Source: an uncultured Eubacteriales bacterium (GTDB lineage Bacteria > Bacillota > Clostridia > Christensenellales > Aristaeellaceae). Taken from it: a DNA stretch of 64,000 nucleotides. Numbering within the stretch: position 1 is the stretch's first letter; every line of letters begins with the position of its first letter. A model generated the notes under the pieces. It saw only the letters and a program-made list of their open reading frames with translations. It was not told the DNA's origin and did no database searches. The stretch spans positions 22,912-86,911 of the forward strand of contig CACWLY010000002.1 of the NCBI GenBank assembly GCA_902761825.1, in the 5' to 3' direction. A program made the translations under genes and the position numbers. This document shows, piece after piece, positions 62,732 through 64,000 of the stretch.

Positions 62732-63454
62732 ATGCCGGAAAAAAAGCTTCATGTGGAATTGATCGCGCATACGCCGCTGCCTGAACAGGTATGCGCCCTG
62801 GGCGCGAAGCTGTGCTACGCGAAGGCCGATGTGGCCGCGCTGCGGGAGAAGGTTTCCGCGCAGGATCAGAGCATGTTCCTGGAAAGGATCATGCAGTCGG
62901 GGCATCTGTCTGTTCTGGAGCACGCGTCCTTCACCTTTGCCGTTGAGGGAATCAGCCGCGTGCTGCTGGCGCAGCTCACGCGACACCGCATCGCCTCCTT
63001 CAGCGTGCAGAGCCAGAGATATGTGTCGCTGGCCGAGACCTTTTCCTATATCGTGCCGCCCGCGATCAAAGCGCTCGGCGAAGAGGCCGTTTCGCGCTAT
63101 GAAGCGCAGATGGAGCAGATGCACGCCTGGTACGTGGAGTGGCAGCAGGCGTTGGGCGGCAAAGGGGAAAGCAGCAATGAAGACGCCCGTTTTGTGCTCC
63201 CCAACGCGTGCGAGACCCGCCTGATCGTCACCATGAACGTGCGGGAGCTGCTGCACTTTTTCGAGCTGCGCTGCTGCAAGCGCGCGCAGTGGGAGATAAG
63301 GGCGATGGCGGAAGAGATGCTCAGGCTGTGCAAACGGGAAGCGCCGATTCTGTTTGAAAACGCCGGGCCGGGATGCGTGCGCGGCAAATGCCCGGAGGGC
63401 GAAAAGACCTGCGGCAAATCGGCCGAAACAAGGGAAAAATACAAAAATCTTTGA
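62732..63454 (+). CDS. thyX: FAD-dependent thymidylate synthase
   Basis: ThyX signature RHRIASFSVQSQRY. Confidence 0.92.
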   Translation: MPEKKLHVELIAHTPLPEQVCALGAKLCYAKADVAALREKVSAQDQSMFLERIMQSGHLSVLEHASFTFAVEGISRVLLAQLTRHRIASFSVQSQRYVSLAETFSYIVPPAIKALGEEAVSRYEAQMEQMHAWYVEWQQALGGKGESSNEDARFVLPNACETRLIVTMNVRELLHFFELRCCKRAQWEIRAMAEEMLRLCKREAPILFENAGPGCVRGKCPEGEKTCGKSAETREKYKNL

Positions 63455-63478
63455 TAGCGTAAAGAAAGAGGCGGCAAA

Positions 63479-64000
63479 TGGCATACTTTGACGACTGGAA
63501 GAAAAAGAAAATGACCCGGCGCGACCATCTGCGCGAGGACGCCAGGAAGCCCGACGAGGGCCGGGATTACCGCGCCCCCAGAGGATACGGAAAGCCGGCG
63601 GCGGATAATAACCGCAGGGACGAACGCAGGGATTACCGGAGCTATAACCGGGACAAAAAGGAGTACCAGCCCCGCGAAAAGGCGCCGGCTTTCAAAAACA
63701 GGCCAGCGCCCGTCCGGGAACGGCCTGAAATGCCGCCCCGGGAGGAAATCGCCGACGATATGCAGGAAAACCTGCTCACCGGACGCAATCCCATCCGCGA
63801 AGCGCTGAAATCGGGACGCGATATCGAAAAGCTGCTGGTCGCGAAGGGCGATCTTTCCGGCACCGCGCAGCAGATCGTCGCCATGGCGCACGAAGCGCAC
63901 GTGCCCGTTCAGATGGTGGAACGCATACGCTTGGACGAAATCGCGAAAAATCATCAGGGAATGATCGCGTTCGCGTCGGCCTATCAGTACGCTGACGTGG
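63479..64000 (+). CDS. rlmB: 23S rRNA (guanosine-2'-O)-methyltransferase RlmB-like, N-terminal part (3' end lies outside the window), with a basic R/K/D-rich N-terminal extension
   Basis: This ORF is not in the track because it runs off the window. ATG after AAGAGG. SpoU substrate-binding segment GRNPIREALKSGRDIEKLLV. Position after mrnC is conserved. Confidence 0.8.

Overview
This is a 64-kb chromosomal segment of about 60% GC, with dense coding on both strands. Gene content points to a spore-forming Firmicute of the Clostridia; an Oscillospiraceae/Ruminococcaceae-like origin is inference only. Most of the window is core housekeeping. It includes upp, rpsB-tsf-pyrH, rplM-rpsI, pepP-efp and truA. 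A tightly packed minus-strand run of about 14 kb carries radical SAM/DUF2344/RNase G-miaB-ylbF-mutS-mutL-miaA-ynbB-spoIVFA/FB, followed on the plus strand by mrnC-thyX-rlmB. There is a divergent hexuronate/pectin-oligomer catabolic cluster (uxaCBA, kdgK, eda, CE8, GH28, kduID), plus glgB and two ECF sigma/anti-sigma modules. I found no rRNA, tRNA, CRISPR array, prophage, transposase or recognisable defence system. The structure that ordinary gene calls do not explain is two families of non-coding interspersed repeats at three intergenic loci (9.1-9.6 kb, 16.65-16.81 kb, 26.6-27.2 kb). Family A is a TA-flanked, TIR-bounded MITE-like element of about 160 bp. Family B is a GC-rich hairpin-containing repeat that begins within about 20 nt after the stop codon of a co-oriented gene in all three cases. 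The best candidates for uncharacterised biology are these repeats, a cytoplasmic ParB/Srx-like + BMP fusion protein translationally coupled to a metallophosphoesterase behind its own near-consensus promoter, and the conserved but functionally unknown radical SAM (TIGR03960-like)/DUF2344/RNase G unit fused into the miaB-mutSL super-operon. All family assignments come from motif recognition by eye. No searches were run, and start codons were chosen by Shine-Dalgarno spacing.
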